From Burkholderiales bacterium (GTDB lineage: Bacteria > Pseudomonadota > Gammaproteobacteria > Burkholderiales > SG8-39), in contig JACZJU010000071.1 of the NCBI GenBank assembly GCA_014860395.1, positions 25,248-89,247 on the forward strand: a stretch of DNA of 64,000 nt, read 5' to 3'. Shown here in pieces: positions 38,358 to 49,683 of this stretch (the first letter of the stretch is position 1; each line of letters begins with the position of its first letter). Below the pieces are notes generated by a model. It had not been told where the DNA came from. It saw nothing but the letters and a program-made list of their open reading frames with translations, and made no database searches. The translations under genes were made by a program, and so were the position numbers.

Positions 38358-38814
38358 CATCGTGCTCTACCAGCCGGAGATTCCGCCCAATACCGGCAAT
38401 ATCATCCGTCTTGCGGCAAACACCGGCGCCCGCTTGCACCTCGTCGAGCCGCTGGGTTTTCGCCTCGATGACCGCGAATTGAAACGTGCCGGCCTCGATT
38501 ATCATGAGTACGCCAGCCTGATCGTGCACAAGGATTGGTCTGCCTGCTGCGAATGCTTGAAGGAAAAGCGCGTGTTCGCGTTCTCCACCCGAGCGCAGCG
38601 CCTATACACCGAGCCCGAATACCGCGAAGGCGACGTGCTCCTGTTCGGTCCGGAGACCCGCGGACTACCCGCGGAAATACTCGAAAGCGTGGCGGCGGAG
38701 CAGCGGTTGCGCCTACCGCTGCGCCCGGACAACCGCAGCCTCAATCTCTCCAACGCGGTGGCGGTGGCAGTGTACGAAGCCTGGCGCCAGCAGGGATTTG
38801 CTGGCGGAATCTAA
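38350..38814 (+). CDS. trmL: tRNA (cytidine/uridine34-2'-O)-methyltransferase TrmL
   Basis: 154 aa SpoU-type protein; [26 protein letters not shown]. Confidence 0.9.
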
Positions 38815-39788
38815 CCTTCGCCTTTGGGATCCCGCGCCAGCAACAGCTCCACCGCCTCGCGCGGCGAGACTCCGCCGAACAAGACGGCACATACCGATCG
38901 AGTGATCGGCATGTCCACGTCGGACTCCCGGGCACGCTTCTCGACTGCTGCCGCGGTATGCACGCCCTCGGCCACATGCCCCAGCTCGCGCAGGATGTCC
39001 TCGAGTTTCTTGCCCTGCGCCAGGCCGAGACCGACGCGCCGGTTGCGCGACAGTTCGCCGGTGCAGGTCAGGATCAGGTCGCCGGCACCGGTGAGTCCCG
39101 TGAAGGTCTCCGGACGGCCGCCGAGCCTCACGCCCAGGCGCGTGATTTCGGCCAGCCCGCGCGTGATCAGGGCCGCGCGCGCGTTCGCGCCCAAGCCCAG
39201 GCCGTCGGCGATGCCGGTGGCGATGGCCATGACGTTCTTTACTGCGCCGCCGATCTCCACGCCGATTACATCGCTGCTGAAGTACACGCGCAGACGCGAA
39301 CCGTGCAGAGCGCGCGCCGTGGCCTGGCTGAACGCGACATCGGCCGAGGCAAGCGTGAGCGCTGTCGGCAGTCCACGCGCGACTTCGAGCGCGAAGCTGG
39401 GACCGGAGAGCACGCCATAGGGACTGCCGGGCGCGAGCACGCGCGCGGCGATTTGATGCGGCAGCTCGGCGCTTTGCGGATCAAACCCTTTGCACAGCCA
39501 GACCGCCGGTTTCTGCAGGGGCGCGATCCGACCCAGCATTTCATTCAGCGCCGCCGTCGGCGTCGCCACCAAGACCAGATCGGCGGCCGAAACGGCGGCT
39601 TCGAAATCAGCCTCGATGGCGAGCCGCGGCGGCAGGGCGATCTCGGGCAGATAGCGCTCGTTGCGGCGTGCGGCGGCTATGTCCGCGCATTCCTCGGGCC
39701 GTCCCCACAGCGACACCTCGTGTCTGGCGCTGAGGCTGGCGGCGATGGCCGTGCCCCAAGCACCGGCGCCAAGTACGGTAATCCTCAT
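38811..39788 (-). CDS. gpsA: NAD(P)H-dependent glycerol-3-phosphate dehydrogenase
   Basis: 325 aa; [12 protein letters not shown] Rossmann motif. Confidence 0.93.
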   Translation of the reverse strand: MRITVLGAGAWGTAIAASLSARHEVSLWGRPEECADIAAARRNERYLPEIALPPRLAIEADFEAAVSAADLVLVATPTAALNEMLGRIAPLQKPAVWLCKGFDPQSAELPHQIAARVLAPGSPYGVLSGPSFALEVARGLPTALTLASADVAFSQATARALHGSRLRVYFSSDVIGVEIGGAVKNVMAIATGIADGLGLGANARAALITRGLAEITRLGVRLGGRPETFTGLTGAGDLILTCTGELSRNRRVGLGLAQGKKLEDILRELGHVAEGVHTAAAVEKRARESDVDMPITRSVCAVLFGGVSPREAVELLLARDPKGEG

Positions 39789-39818
39789 TGCTTAGCGCTG
39801 GACCTGTCCGGCAAGCCG

Positions 39819-40253
39819 CTACAGCCCCCAGACCTGGTTCGCGCGCACGAACCCGGTCTGGCCGTCGCGGTGACGCACCTTGACCCAAGGGCCTACGCCC
39901 AGCTCGACGATTTCCAGCGCGACGCCTTGCTGCGCCTGAAACACAAGCGGCGCATCGTCTTCGGGCTTCTCGCGCACGTCCGCCAGGGCCGCAGTAACCA
40001 GCACCGTGCGCGTGTTGGACAAGTCTTTCTTCTCCACCCAGGCGAGATCGCCGGCGACGTCGCGCACCTTGGTCCAGTTGTCGACCTGGACGATGACCTC
40101 CACGGGGTATAGCCTGCTCGCGACGAACAGCGCGTTCGCCTTGACCGACGGCGCATCGTACATCGGCACCGCGGCCTCGCCGATAGAGCGGAATTCCGCC
40201 GCCATGACCGCCGGCGCGGCAACGAGCAGAAACAGAAAAAAGAGGCGGCGCAT
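39819..40253 (-). CDS. Secreted SH3 domain-containing protein
   Basis: 144 aa; signal peptide MRRLFFLFLLVAAPAVMA; two bacterial SH3-like segments. Confidence 0.6.
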   Translation of the reverse strand: MRRLFFLFLLVAAPAVMAAEFRSIGEAAVPMYDAPSVKANALFVASRLYPVEVIVQVDNWTKVRDVAGDLAWVEKKDLSNTRTVLVTAALADVREKPEDDAPLVFQAQQGVALEIVELGVGPWVKVRHRDGQTGFVRANQVWGL

Positions 40254-40258
40254 CCGGA

Positions 40259-40726
40259 TTAGTGTGCGATCTCGATCTTCGATCCGGCCTGCTCTTTCGC
40301 CTCCTGCATCCTTTGCAGGTAGATCGCCTCGAAATTCACCGGCGCCAGATACACCGGCGGAAAACCGGCGCGGCCTATGATGTCCGAGACCGACTCACGC
40401 ACGTATGGAAAGAGAATGTTCGGACAGGCGGTCGCGAGCAAGGGCTCCATATCGGATTCCGGCACATTGCGAATCTGAAAAATGCCGGCCTGCGCCGCCT
40501 CCACCAGGAACATCGTCTTGTCGCCCGCTTTGGCCGTCACCGTAACCGTCAGTACCACCTGGTACAGCCCCTCGCCTATGGCCGCGGCCTCGTTGTGCAG
40601 CTGCACATCGACCTGCGGCTGCTCGCCGGACAGGAATACCTCAGGCGCGTGCGGGATTTCCAGCGACAGATCCTTGACGTAAATCTTCTCAATGCCGAAT
40701 GTCGGTTGCTGCTGCGGTTCGTTCAT
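40259..40726 (-). CDS. secB: Protein-export chaperone SecB
   Basis: 155 aa; FGIEKIYVKDLSLEIPHAP is a typical SecB N-terminus. Confidence 0.93.
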   Translation of the reverse strand: MNEPQQQPTFGIEKIYVKDLSLEIPHAPEVFLSGEQPQVDVQLHNEAAAIGEGLYQVVLTVTVTAKAGDKTMFLVEAAQAGIFQIRNVPESDMEPLLATACPNILFPYVRESVSDIIGRAGFPPVYLAPVNFEAIYLQRMQEAKEQAGSKIEIAH

Positions 40727-40761
40727 TTTGATTCCAGTGATTGAAGGGGGGTCCGGCGTCG

Positions 40762-41025
40762 TCAGGCCTCGCCGCGCAGCAACGGGTCAAGCTTGCCGGC
40801 ATGATCCAGCGCTGCGAGGTCGTCGTAGCCGCCGACGTGAAGCTCGCCGATGTAGATTTGCGGCACGGTGCGCCGCCCGGTCTTTTCCATCATCTCGGCG
40901 CGCTGTGCAGGGTCGAGGTCAATGCGGATCCTTTCTATTTCGGCCACGCCCTTCGATTTGAGCAGCATCTCGGCGCGCTGGCAGAATGGGCATACTGCAG
41001 TGCTGTACATGCGGACTTTGGCCAT
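40762..41025 (-). CDS. grxC: Glutaredoxin 3
   Basis: Start set at ATG 41025: MAKVRMYSTAVCPFCQRAEMLL, with CPFC active site. The longer track ORF is an upstream artefact. Confidence 0.9.
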   Translation of the reverse strand: MAKVRMYSTAVCPFCQRAEMLLKSKGVAEIERIRIDLDPAQRAEMMEKTGRRTVPQIYIGELHVGGYDDLAALDHAGKLDPLLRGEA

Positions 41026-41031
41026 GAGAAC

Positions 41032-41105
41032 CTTTTGAATATGAGGGGATAACTCCACCCATGCTCGCTTAAATTCGCCCGTTGCAGAAGCTATCGTGCA
41101 GCGGG
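41032..41105 (-). repeat. Composite intergenic repeat (G4 variant, degenerate, plus GTTGCA-footed hairpin)
   Basis: ATGAGGGGATAACTCCACCCATGCTCGCTTAAAT (41041-74), then CCGTTGCAGAAGCTATCGTGCAGCGG (41079-41104). The AGCTATCG loop is shared with 14101-14108. Confidence 0.7.
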
Positions 41106-41117
41106 GGCTGAATACAC

Positions 41118-41525
41118 CTATTTCTGCACCGGCAGACCGGCCTGCTGCCAGGCCGCGAATCCGCCACTGAGGCAGACCACGTTGGAAAACCCGCGCTTTT
41201 TCAGCGTTGCGACGGCTGAGCTCGAACGATTGTCGGTGGCACAATACACGATTACCGGCTTGTCCTTGAACTTCTCGATATCGCCGACCCGCGCCTCGAG
41301 TTGCGACAGGGGCAAGCCACGCGCATTGAGGATGTGCGCCTGCGCATATTCGGCCTGCTCGCGCACATCCAGCACCAGCGCATCCTGGCGGTTGATCATC
41401 TGCGTCGCCTCCAGCGTATTGACCGACGGCCCGCCGGCGCCGCGCCGCAGCAGGGGCCAAACCAGCATCGCGCCGCTCACAATCGCGACCGCGACAAGGA
41501 AGATATTGTCCATTACGAATTTCAC
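41118..41525 (-). CDS. Membrane-anchored rhodanese domain protein
   Basis: 135 aa; N-terminal TM helix; active-site loop YCATDNRS. Confidence 0.8.
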   Translation of the reverse strand: MKFVMDNIFLVAVAIVSGAMLVWPLLRRGAGGPSVNTLEATQMINRQDALVLDVREQAEYAQAHILNARGLPLSQLEARVGDIEKFKDKPVIVYCATDNRSSSAVATLKKRGFSNVVCLSGGFAAWQQAGLPVQK

Positions 41526-41550
41526 AGCTGCTCCTAATAAATCACCACAA

Positions 41551-41595
41551 GTTTAGGGGGGATCCGGACGAAATCGGAAAAGTCCCCCCGTCTTC
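41551..41595 (+). repeat. G6 variant of the hairpin repeat
   Basis: TAGGGGGGA-TCCG-GACGAAAT-CGGA-AAAG-TCCCCCCGT: nested stems GGGGGGA/TCCCCCC and TCCG/CGGA. Confidence 0.55.
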
Positions 41596-41851
41596 CTCAG
41601 CCCCCCTTGCTTGCCTAATTCAGGCACCGTTTCGAGAATCCCGAAACGGCCGTCAAGACTTTGACCGGAAAGGCGCCAGGGAATTCGCCTGCCACATTGA
41701 GCGACGCCGATGTGTCCGCGGCACGCTCCATGGATTCCTGTTTTATTGGGCAAATCGAAAATATCTCGCGCCGAGACGGCCCGTTCTCGGTTTCTGATAC
41801 CGGAATATTATAAAATATTCGCAGGCTTACCGTACGGTAAAAAGGATCCTT

Positions 41852-42601
41852 ATGAAAAAGATCATTCTGCTCAGGCATGGAGAGTCCGTCTGGAACAAGG
41901 AAAACCGGTTCACAGGATGGACCGACGTCGGTCTGACCGACAAAGGCGTGGAAGAGGCGGGGAACGCGGGTGAGCTGATGCGCGAGGCTGGTTTTGTGTT
42001 CGACGTCGCGCATACTTCGGTGCTCAAGCGCGCGATCAAGACCCTTTGGCTGGCGCTGGAACGCATGGACCTGATGTGGATACCGGTGCTGCACTCCTGG
42101 CGTCTGAACGAGCGCCATTACGGCGCGCTGCAGGGCCTGAACAAGGCCGAAACTGCGGCCAAATTCGGCGACGAGCAGGTGCTTACCTGGCGCCGCAGCT
42201 ACGATATCCCGCCACCGGCGCTCGCCCAAGGCGACGAGCGCTACCCCGGCAACGACCCGCGCTACCGCGGGCTCACCCCCACGCAGGTGCCATTGACCGA
42301 GTGCCTCAAGGACACGGTTGCACGCGTCCTGCCCTACTGGAACCAAGCCATCGCCCCTGACATACGCTCGGGCAAGCGCGTTCTCATCGCCGCGCACGGG
42401 AATTCCATCCGCGCGCTGGTGAAGTACCTGGACAAGATAAGCGACCAGGACATAGTCGGCCTGAATATCCCCACCGGGGTGCCGCTGGTATACGAACTGG
42501 ACGACGCTCTCAAACCCATCCGCCACTACTATCTGGGCGATGCAACTGAAGTCGAAAAGGCAATGCAGGCGGTCGCGAACCAGGGCAAGGCAAAGACTTG
42601 A
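41852..42601 (+). CDS. gpmA: 2,3-bisphosphoglycerate-dependent phosphoglycerate mutase
   Basis: 249 aa; [18 protein letters not shown]. Confidence 0.95.
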   Translation: MKKIILLRHGESVWNKENRFTGWTDVGLTDKGVEEAGNAGELMREAGFVFDVAHTSVLKRAIKTLWLALERMDLMWIPVLHSWRLNERHYGALQGLNKAETAAKFGDEQVLTWRRSYDIPPPALAQGDERYPGNDPRYRGLTPTQVPLTECLKDTVARVLPYWNQAIAPDIRSGKRVLIAAHGNSIRALVKYLDKISDQDIVGLNIPTGVPLVYELDDALKPIRHYYLGDATEVEKAMQAVANQGKAKT

Positions 42602-43824
42602 ATCTGGCGCAGGGCGCGCACCCCACGGGCAGGGATGGCTTCAGCTTCCCGCGCGCCCTCGGCGCCCTCTGCTGCGAGGCAATTATTCTCACGTTCGCGC
42701 TGGCCGGCGCGCATCCGGCGAAGGCCGCCGACAAGGCAGAGCTGGACGCACTGCGCGGGCGTATCGAAACGCTGAAGGCAAATCTGAGCGGCGCCGAGGA
42801 AGATCGATCGGAGGCGAGCGACGCGCTGCGCGCATCGGAGCGCGGGGTATCGGAGGCCAATCGCATGCTGCGCAATATCGGCCAACAGCAGCGGGCGGCG
42901 CGCGCCGACCTCGCCCGCGTGACCGAGCAATCACGCAAGCTGGAATCCGCCATCGCCTCGCAACAGCGCGAACTTGGGCAGCTGTTGGCCATGCGCTACG
43001 CTTCGGGTCAGCAGGGTTACCTGAGGCTGTTGCTGTCCGGCCGCGAACCGAATCAGGCTGCGCGCGAGCTGTACTACTATGGCTACATCTCGCGTGCCCA
43101 GGCCGATTTCATCGGTGCACTACGGACCAACCTCGCCGCACTGGCACAACTCGCGAACGAAGCTCGCGGCAAGAGCGCCGAGCTGGCCGAACTGGAAGCC
43201 CAACAACGCGCGGGGCGCAAGGAACTGCTTGCGCAGAAGACGGAGCGGCGGCGCGTACTGGCCGAACTTGCAACGCAGATCCGCTCGCAGCGGCGCGAGA
43301 TTAAATCCCTGCAGCGCGACGAAGCGCGCCTGTCGCGCCTGGTCGAGGAGTTGGGAAAAGTCGTTTCCCCGGGTGCACCCGGGCGGCGCAACGATAAATT
43401 GCCCGAAGCTGGCCAGGATGGGGCAGCGTTCGCCTCGCTCAAAGGCAAGCTCAGGCTGCCTACCCGAGGGGAACTAATCAACCGCTTCGGCAGTCCACGT
43501 AGTGGCAGCGGGCTGAGTTGGAAGGGATTATTCATCCGCGGCGACAGCGGGCAGGAAGTGCGCGCGGTCGCCGCCGGCCGGGTGGTATTTGCCGAGTGGA
43601 TGCGCGGCTTCGGCAATCTGATGATCATCGACCACGGCCAAAGCTACCTCACCATTTACGGCAACAACGAGGCGCTGCTCAAGCAAGTGGGCGATACAGT
43701 CGCGTCCGGCGACGCAGTAGCGACGGTCGGCAACAGCGGCGGCAACCCGGATTCGGGTTTATACTTCGAAATCCGATATCAGGGCAAACCGTTCGATCCG
43801 TTGCGCTGGGTGTCTTTGAAGTAG
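42598..43824 (+). CDS. envC: EnvC-like murein hydrolase activator (coiled coil plus M23/LytM domain)
   Basis: 408 aa; TTG start overlapping the gpmA stop (start uncertain); long coiled coil; C-terminal LytM domain ending [15 protein letters not shown]...VGNSGG. Confidence 0.8.
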   Translation: MNLAQGAHPTGRDGFSFPRALGALCCEAIILTFALAGAHPAKAADKAELDALRGRIETLKANLSGAEEDRSEASDALRASERGVSEANRMLRNIGQQQRAARADLARVTEQSRKLESAIASQQRELGQLLAMRYASGQQGYLRLLLSGREPNQAARELYYYGYISRAQADFIGALRTNLAALAQLANEARGKSAELAELEAQQRAGRKELLAQKTERRRVLAELATQIRSQRREIKSLQRDEARLSRLVEELGKVVSPGAPGRRNDKLPEAGQDGAAFASLKGKLRLPTRGELINRFGSPRSGSGLSWKGLFIRGDSGQEVRAVAAGRVVFAEWMRGFGNLMIIDHGQSYLTIYGNNEALLKQVGDTVASGDAVATVGNSGGNPDSGLYFEIRYQGKPFDPLRWVSLK

Positions 43825-43840
43825 AAGGGTGGTGTCTTTC

Positions 43841-45226
43841 ATGAAAAGCAAGTTACAGAAAGCGGGTCTGCTTCTGCTGGGAGCTCTGGCCGGAGTAATG
43901 CTGTCGCTCAATTTCTCTGCCGTCGCCGATAAGGAAGGGGCGCGCGCGCCACTGCCGGTGGAAGAGTTGCGTTCGTTCGCCGAGGTGTTCGGCGCGATCA
44001 AGAGCAATTACGTAGAACCGGTCGAGGACAAGAAACTCATCGCCGGTGCCATCAACGGCATGCTTGCCGACCTGGATCCGCACTCCGCCTACCTCGACCG
44101 TGACGCCTTCCGCGAACTGCAGGTGGGTACACAAGGTGAATTCGGCGGCCTCGGTATCGAAGTCGGCATGGAGGACGGATTCGTCAAGGTGGTTTCCCCG
44201 ATCGAGGACACGCCGGCCTACCGCGCCGGCATCAAGTCGGGCGACCTGATCATCAGGCTGGACGAAACGCCGGTGAAAGGCATGAGCCTGAACGACGCAG
44301 TCAAGCGTATGCGCGGCAAACCCAAGACCTCGATCAAGCTCACGGTGCTGCGCAAAGGCGAAACCAAGCCGCTGGAAATCACGCTGGTGCGCGACGTGAT
44401 CAAGGTGCAAAGCGTCAAGTCCAAGATGATCGAGCCAGGCTACGGCTACCTGCGCGTGGTGCAGTTCCAGGAGCGGTCGGGCGAAAACCTGGTGCGACAC
44501 CTGAACACGCTGTACAAGGACGGCCAGCTCAAAGGCCTGGTGCTGGATCTGCGCAATGACCCGGGCGGATTGCTCAATGGGGCTGTCGGCATCTCCGCCG
44601 CGTTCCTGCCACCCAAGTCCATCGTAGTCACGACCGATGGCCGCACCGAGGACGCCAAGCGCAAGTACCTCGCCAGCACCGAAGACTATCTGCGCGGCGG
44701 CAGCGATGATTACCTGAAGAATCTGCCGGCGGCGGTAAAGACCGTGCCCATGGTGGTGCTGGTCAACGGCGGCTCGGCCTCCGCCTCCGAGATCGTCGCG
44801 GGCGCGCTGCAGGACCACAAGCGCGCCTTGATCATGGGCACCCAGACTTTCGGCAAAGGCTCGGTACAGACCATCATGCCGCTGGGCAACAACACCGCGA
44901 TCAAACTGACCACCGCGCGCTACTACACGCCCAGCGGCCGTTCGATCCAAGCCAAGGGCATCACGCCGGATATCGTTGTCGACGAACCCGGCATCGACGC
45001 GCATGCGTTCCTGCGCGAAGCCGACCTCAACAAACACCTGACCAACGACAAGGACACGGCGGCGACGTCGGCCAAGCCGGCAACACAGCCCAGCGACAAG
45101 CCCAAAACCGAGACCGAGACCGACGAGGCTCCGGCCAAGCCCATAGAGTTCGGCTCGGACAAGGACTTTCAGTTGACGCAGGCCGTCAACATGCTGAAGG
45201 GCCTGCAGATCATGCAGAGAAACTAG
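43841..45226 (+). CDS. ctpA: S41 family carboxy-terminal processing peptidase
   Basis: Start set at MKSKLQKAGLLLLGALAG; PDZ domain; S41 catalytic region NGGSASASEIVAGALQD...FGKGSVQ. Confidence 0.9.
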   Translation: MKSKLQKAGLLLLGALAGVMLSLNFSAVADKEGARAPLPVEELRSFAEVFGAIKSNYVEPVEDKKLIAGAINGMLADLDPHSAYLDRDAFRELQVGTQGEFGGLGIEVGMEDGFVKVVSPIEDTPAYRAGIKSGDLIIRLDETPVKGMSLNDAVKRMRGKPKTSIKLTVLRKGETKPLEITLVRDVIKVQSVKSKMIEPGYGYLRVVQFQERSGENLVRHLNTLYKDGQLKGLVLDLRNDPGGLLNGAVGISAAFLPPKSIVVTTDGRTEDAKRKYLASTEDYLRGGSDDYLKNLPAAVKTVPMVVLVNGGSASASEIVAGALQDHKRALIMGTQTFGKGSVQTIMPLGNNTAIKLTTARYYTPSGRSIQAKGITPDIVVDEPGIDAHAFLREADLNKHLTNDKDTAATSAKPATQPSDKPKTETETDEAPAKPIEFGSDKDFQLTQAVNMLKGLQIMQRN

Positions 45227-45293
45227 CGTCTAGCGTGAGCGGTGCGAGGACACCCCCGCGGTTCACGCTTGGCACTGTGCATTTCCCGCCCTC

Positions 45294-46046
45294 ATGAACG
45301 ACGATCAGTTGCTGCGCTACAGCAGACATATTCTGTTGCCGGAGATCGGGATTGAAGGCCAGGAAAAGCTGCTCGGCGCGCGTGCCCTGGTCATAGGCGC
45401 GGGCGGCTTGGGCTCTCCCGCCGCCATGTATCTCGCCTCGGGCGGCGTCGGCCACATTACGCTCGCCGACGGCGATTCAGTCGATCTCACCAATCTGCAG
45501 CGCCAGATCCTGCACACGACCGCGGCCGTGGGCCGGGCAAAAGCCTATTCGGGCAAGGACACCCTGGCGCAACTGAACCCGGAGATCGACGTCGCCGCGA
45601 TCCCGGAACGTCTGGAGGGCGAAGCTCTGGCGCGGCTGATCGCGAGCGTCGACGTCGTGCTCGACTGCTGCGACAATTTTGCCACCCGCCATGCGGTCAA
45701 CCGCGCCTGCGTCGAACATCGCAAGCCGCTGGTGTCCGGAGCCGCGGTGCGTTTTGACGGGCAGGTAAGCGTATTCGATCTGCGCCAGCCCGATGTCCCC
45801 TGCTACAACTGCCTGTTCCCGGAAGACACCGAGGCCGAGGAAACGCGCTGCGCCGTGATGGGTGTGTTTGCACCGCTTACCGGCATCATCGGCACGGTGC
45901 AGGCGGCCGAAGCGTTGAAGCTGCTATGTGGCGCGGGAGAAACGCTCAATGGCCGCCTACTGCTGCTAGATAGCCTCAGGATGGAGTGGCGCTCGGTCAG
46001 GCTATCCAAGGATCCTGCGTGCAAGGTCTGCGCTGCCTCAATCTAG
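45294..46046 (+). CDS. moeB: Molybdopterin-synthase adenylyltransferase MoeB (ThiF/HesA family)
   Basis: 250 aa; RYSRHILLPEIGIEGQEKL; GAGGLGS; CxxC pairs CYNC and CKVC. Confidence 0.85.
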   Translation: MNDDQLLRYSRHILLPEIGIEGQEKLLGARALVIGAGGLGSPAAMYLASGGVGHITLADGDSVDLTNLQRQILHTTAAVGRAKAYSGKDTLAQLNPEIDVAAIPERLEGEALARLIASVDVVLDCCDNFATRHAVNRACVEHRKPLVSGAAVRFDGQVSVFDLRQPDVPCYNCLFPEDTEAEETRCAVMGVFAPLTGIIGTVQAAEALKLLCGAGETLNGRLLLLDSLRMEWRSVRLSKDPACKVCAASI

Positions 46047-46126
46047 CAGCATCGGCCCCCGCTTGCGGTGCAGTTACGGGTTCGCGTAAGAGAACTACCG
46101 AAAGCTATTCCTGTTTTTCCATTCAA

Positions 46127-46196
46127 AACCGTGTTTTCCGCGCGGACACGCTTCACCTCCGCGTGGAAAACATGGTTGGCGCGCGCAGCGCGCAAT
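46127..46196 (+). repeat. 70-nt hairpin-plus-tail element, copy 1
   Basis: 20-bp stem (46127-46146 / 46158-46177; two G-T pairs that would be G-U on the plus transcript), 11-nt loop, then GGCGCGCGCAGCGCGCAAT. Same length, outer stem and tail as 56300-56369. Confidence 0.8.
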
Positions 46197-46255
46197 GACT
46201 TATCCTCTAACTTGGCCCACGCAGCGACATACATCGAACTGCGGTGACAGGGCTT

Positions 46256-46279
46256 GCGCGGACGGCGTCCCGTCCGCGC
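46256..46279. repeat. Perfect 10-bp-stem hairpin GCGCGGACGG-CGTC-CCGTCCGCGC
   Basis: Read directly; abuts the 22-bp hairpin at 46281. Confidence 0.8.
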
Positions 46280-46280
46280 G

Positions 46281-46331
46281 GATCGCCGATTGCGCGCGGA
46301 TGAAAAGCACATCCGCGCGCAATCGGCGATC
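46281..46331. repeat. Perfect 22-bp-stem hairpin with GGATG-AAAAGCA-CATCC apex
   Basis: GATCGCCGATTGCGCGCGGATG-AAAAGCA-CATCCGCGCGCAATCGGCGATC. The apex is the reverse complement of the apex at 56317-56333. Confidence 0.85.
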
Positions 46332-46366
46332 TTGGATATAACCCTTTGCTGTATCAGCTGCCACCC

Positions 46367-46948
46367 CTAGCCGAGCAGCATCGGGCCTTGCTGTTGCCAC
46401 AACTCGGTCGGCAGGCGCTTGAAGCCGCTCTTGGCATATTGATGCCAGCGTCCGATGATGTAGGCGAGCATCAGGTTGGCCTGGGCGGCGGTATCGGCGT
46501 TACTGTCGATTTCCCCCTGCGTCTGCGCCAGCCGCAGCGATTGCTTCAGCGTCGCCTCCAGCCGGTCGTGCAGCTGGTTGATGCGCGCCTGCAGGCGCGC
46601 ATCCTCGTTCACCAGCGCGTCGCCGATCAGAACACGCGTCATGCCGGGATTTTTTTCCGCAAACGACAGCAGCATGGCGGCTGTGGCATGGGTCTGCTTC
46701 AGCCCGCTCTCCTGCTCCGCGCTGATTTTGTTGATCAGGCCGAACACCGTCTCCTCGATGAAGCCGATCAGGCCTTCGTACATCTGCGCCTTGCTTGCGA
46801 AGTGGCGGTAGAGGGCGGCTTCAGACACATCGAGCCGGGCGGCGAGCGCGGCGGTGGTGATTTTCTCGCTCTTCGGCGCTTGCAGCATCTCGGCCAGCAC
46901 CTGCAGGATCTGGTTCTTGCGTTCGCCGGAGCGGGTCGCCATGATCAC
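46367..46948 (-). CDS. slmA: Nucleoid occlusion factor SlmA (TetR family)
   Basis: 193 aa; [37 protein letters not shown] parallels E. coli SlmA [37 protein letters not shown] (from memory). Confidence 0.85.
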   Translation of the reverse strand: [193 protein letters not shown]

Positions 46949-47009
46949 CTCATTGGTTATGCCGATGTGCGCAGATTCTAGCCCATGCGGTTGGTGAGTG
47001 CTAACCTTT

Positions 47010-47663
47010 TTATGATCTCAGCTGTCCCAGCAGGCGCGGTAAACCGAGCACCGAGGCGGTCTTGACGTCAACGTAGGCGGGCGAGTGGGGCTCGCGCGTG
47101 ACCCACACCGTCTTCATGCCCAGGCGCTTGGCCGGCCGCAGGTTCTGCCGGCTGTCCTCCACCATGACACAGCGCGAGGCAATCAAGCGGTGCGCGCGCA
47201 GCACGCTGTGAAAAGCAGCCAGCGAGGGCTTGGGCTGGTAGCCGGTGGACTCGATGCAGTGCAGGGCATCAAAGTGGCTCTCTACGCCCATCATCTGCAG
47301 CACCGCTCTGGCGTACAGTTGCGGCGCGTTCGACAGGACCAGTTTCCGTCCAGGTAGTCGCCGCAACATGGCGGCAAGCCCGCGTTCGTACACCACCATA
47401 TTGGATAGATCCGGAAAGGCATGCGTCTCGCGCAGAAAATGCGCCGGATCGGTACCGTGATGGCGCATCATGCCGAGCAAGGTCGCACCGTAACTGCGCC
47501 AGTATTGCGCACGCAGTTCGCCGGCATCCTCTTCGGTCAAGCGCAGATGCTGCTGCAGATAGGCAGTCATGCTGCGATTGATATGCGGGAAGATATGCGG
47601 CGATGCGTTGTGCAGGGTGTTGTCGAGATCGAAAATCCAGGTAAGCCTTGTTGGCATAGTCAC
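47010..47663 (-). CDS. HAD-IA hydrolase, pyrimidine 5'-nucleotidase type
   Basis: 217 aa; WIFDLDNTLH motif I and SNAP motif II. Confidence 0.8.
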   Translation of the reverse strand: MTMPTRLTWIFDLDNTLHNASPHIFPHINRSMTAYLQQHLRLTEEDAGELRAQYWRSYGATLLGMMRHHGTDPAHFLRETHAFPDLSNMVVYERGLAAMLRRLPGRKLVLSNAPQLYARAVLQMMGVESHFDALHCIESTGYQPKPSLAAFHSVLRAHRLIASRCVMVEDSRQNLRPAKRLGMKTVWVTREPHSPAYVDVKTASVLGLPRLLGQLRS

Positions 47664-47685
47664 CCATCCATCCTAGAATCGCCGC

Positions 47686-48144
47686 ATGCAGCTGACACCA
47701 AACTTCTCACTCGAGCAACTAACCTATTCCGAAACCGCCGAGCGCGAGCACATCGACAACTCCCCCGCCCAAAATATCCTCGACAACTTGCGGCTGCTGG
47801 CCGAAGGCCTGGAACAGGTGCGGGCCCTCACCGGCTTCCCGCTGGAAATCTCCAGCGGCTACCGCTGCCACGCGCTCAACCGGCTAATCGGCGGCGCAGC
47901 GGCGTCGCAGCACACTCAGGGACTGGCCGCCGATTTCACCTGCTCCGAATTCGGGTCGCCCGCGGATATTATCAAAGCCATCCGCGACTCCCGCATCGAA
48001 TTCGACCAATGCATCCTCGAGTACGCGAAATGGGTGCACGTCTCCTTCAGCAAGACGCCGCGCGGCAGGGTGCTGAGCATTTACGATGCGAAGGACGGTT
48101 ATCTCGACGGTTTGCGCGATGTGGGCGGCAATGAAATCGTCTGA
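47686..48144 (+). CDS. Peptidase M15A-like zinc D-Ala-D-Ala carboxypeptidase/endolysin-type domain protein
   Basis: 152 aa, no signal peptide; SGYRC...LN...SQHTQGLAADF...WVHVSF supplies the H/D/H zinc ligand pattern of the M15 family. Confidence 0.7.
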   Translation: MQLTPNFSLEQLTYSETAEREHIDNSPAQNILDNLRLLAEGLEQVRALTGFPLEISSGYRCHALNRLIGGAAASQHTQGLAADFTCSEFGSPADIIKAIRDSRIEFDQCILEYAKWVHVSFSKTPRGRVLSIYDAKDGYLDGLRDVGGNEIV

Positions 48145-48192
48145 AAGGCTAAAAACCTAGAAGCAGATCCCTCGGCGCTGCGCGCCTCGGGA

Positions 48193-48221
48193 TGACCCTG
48201 CCGGGCTTATGCCCGGCAGGG

Positions 48222-48224
<3 letters not shown>
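48193..48224. terminator. Perfect 14-bp-stem hairpin between the convergent M15A gene and argB
   Basis: TGACCCTGCCGGGC-TTAT-GCCCGGCAGGGTCA. The right arm includes the argB stop codon. No clear T-run, so terminator function is uncertain. Confidence 0.5.

Positions 48225-49683
<1,459 letters not shown>

Noticed and set aside
38535-40112. 525-aa plus-strand ORF
   Set aside because: Antisense to gpsA and the SH3-domain gene, both well supported; composition typical of an out-of-frame artefact.
46256-46331. attC (integron) site or CRISPR repeat interpretation of the long perfect hairpins (also 56300-56350)
   Set aside because: There is no repeat-spacer periodicity, no cas or intI genes, and no GTTRRRY / RYYYAAC core pair. 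The perfect stems lack the extrahelical bases typical of attC.
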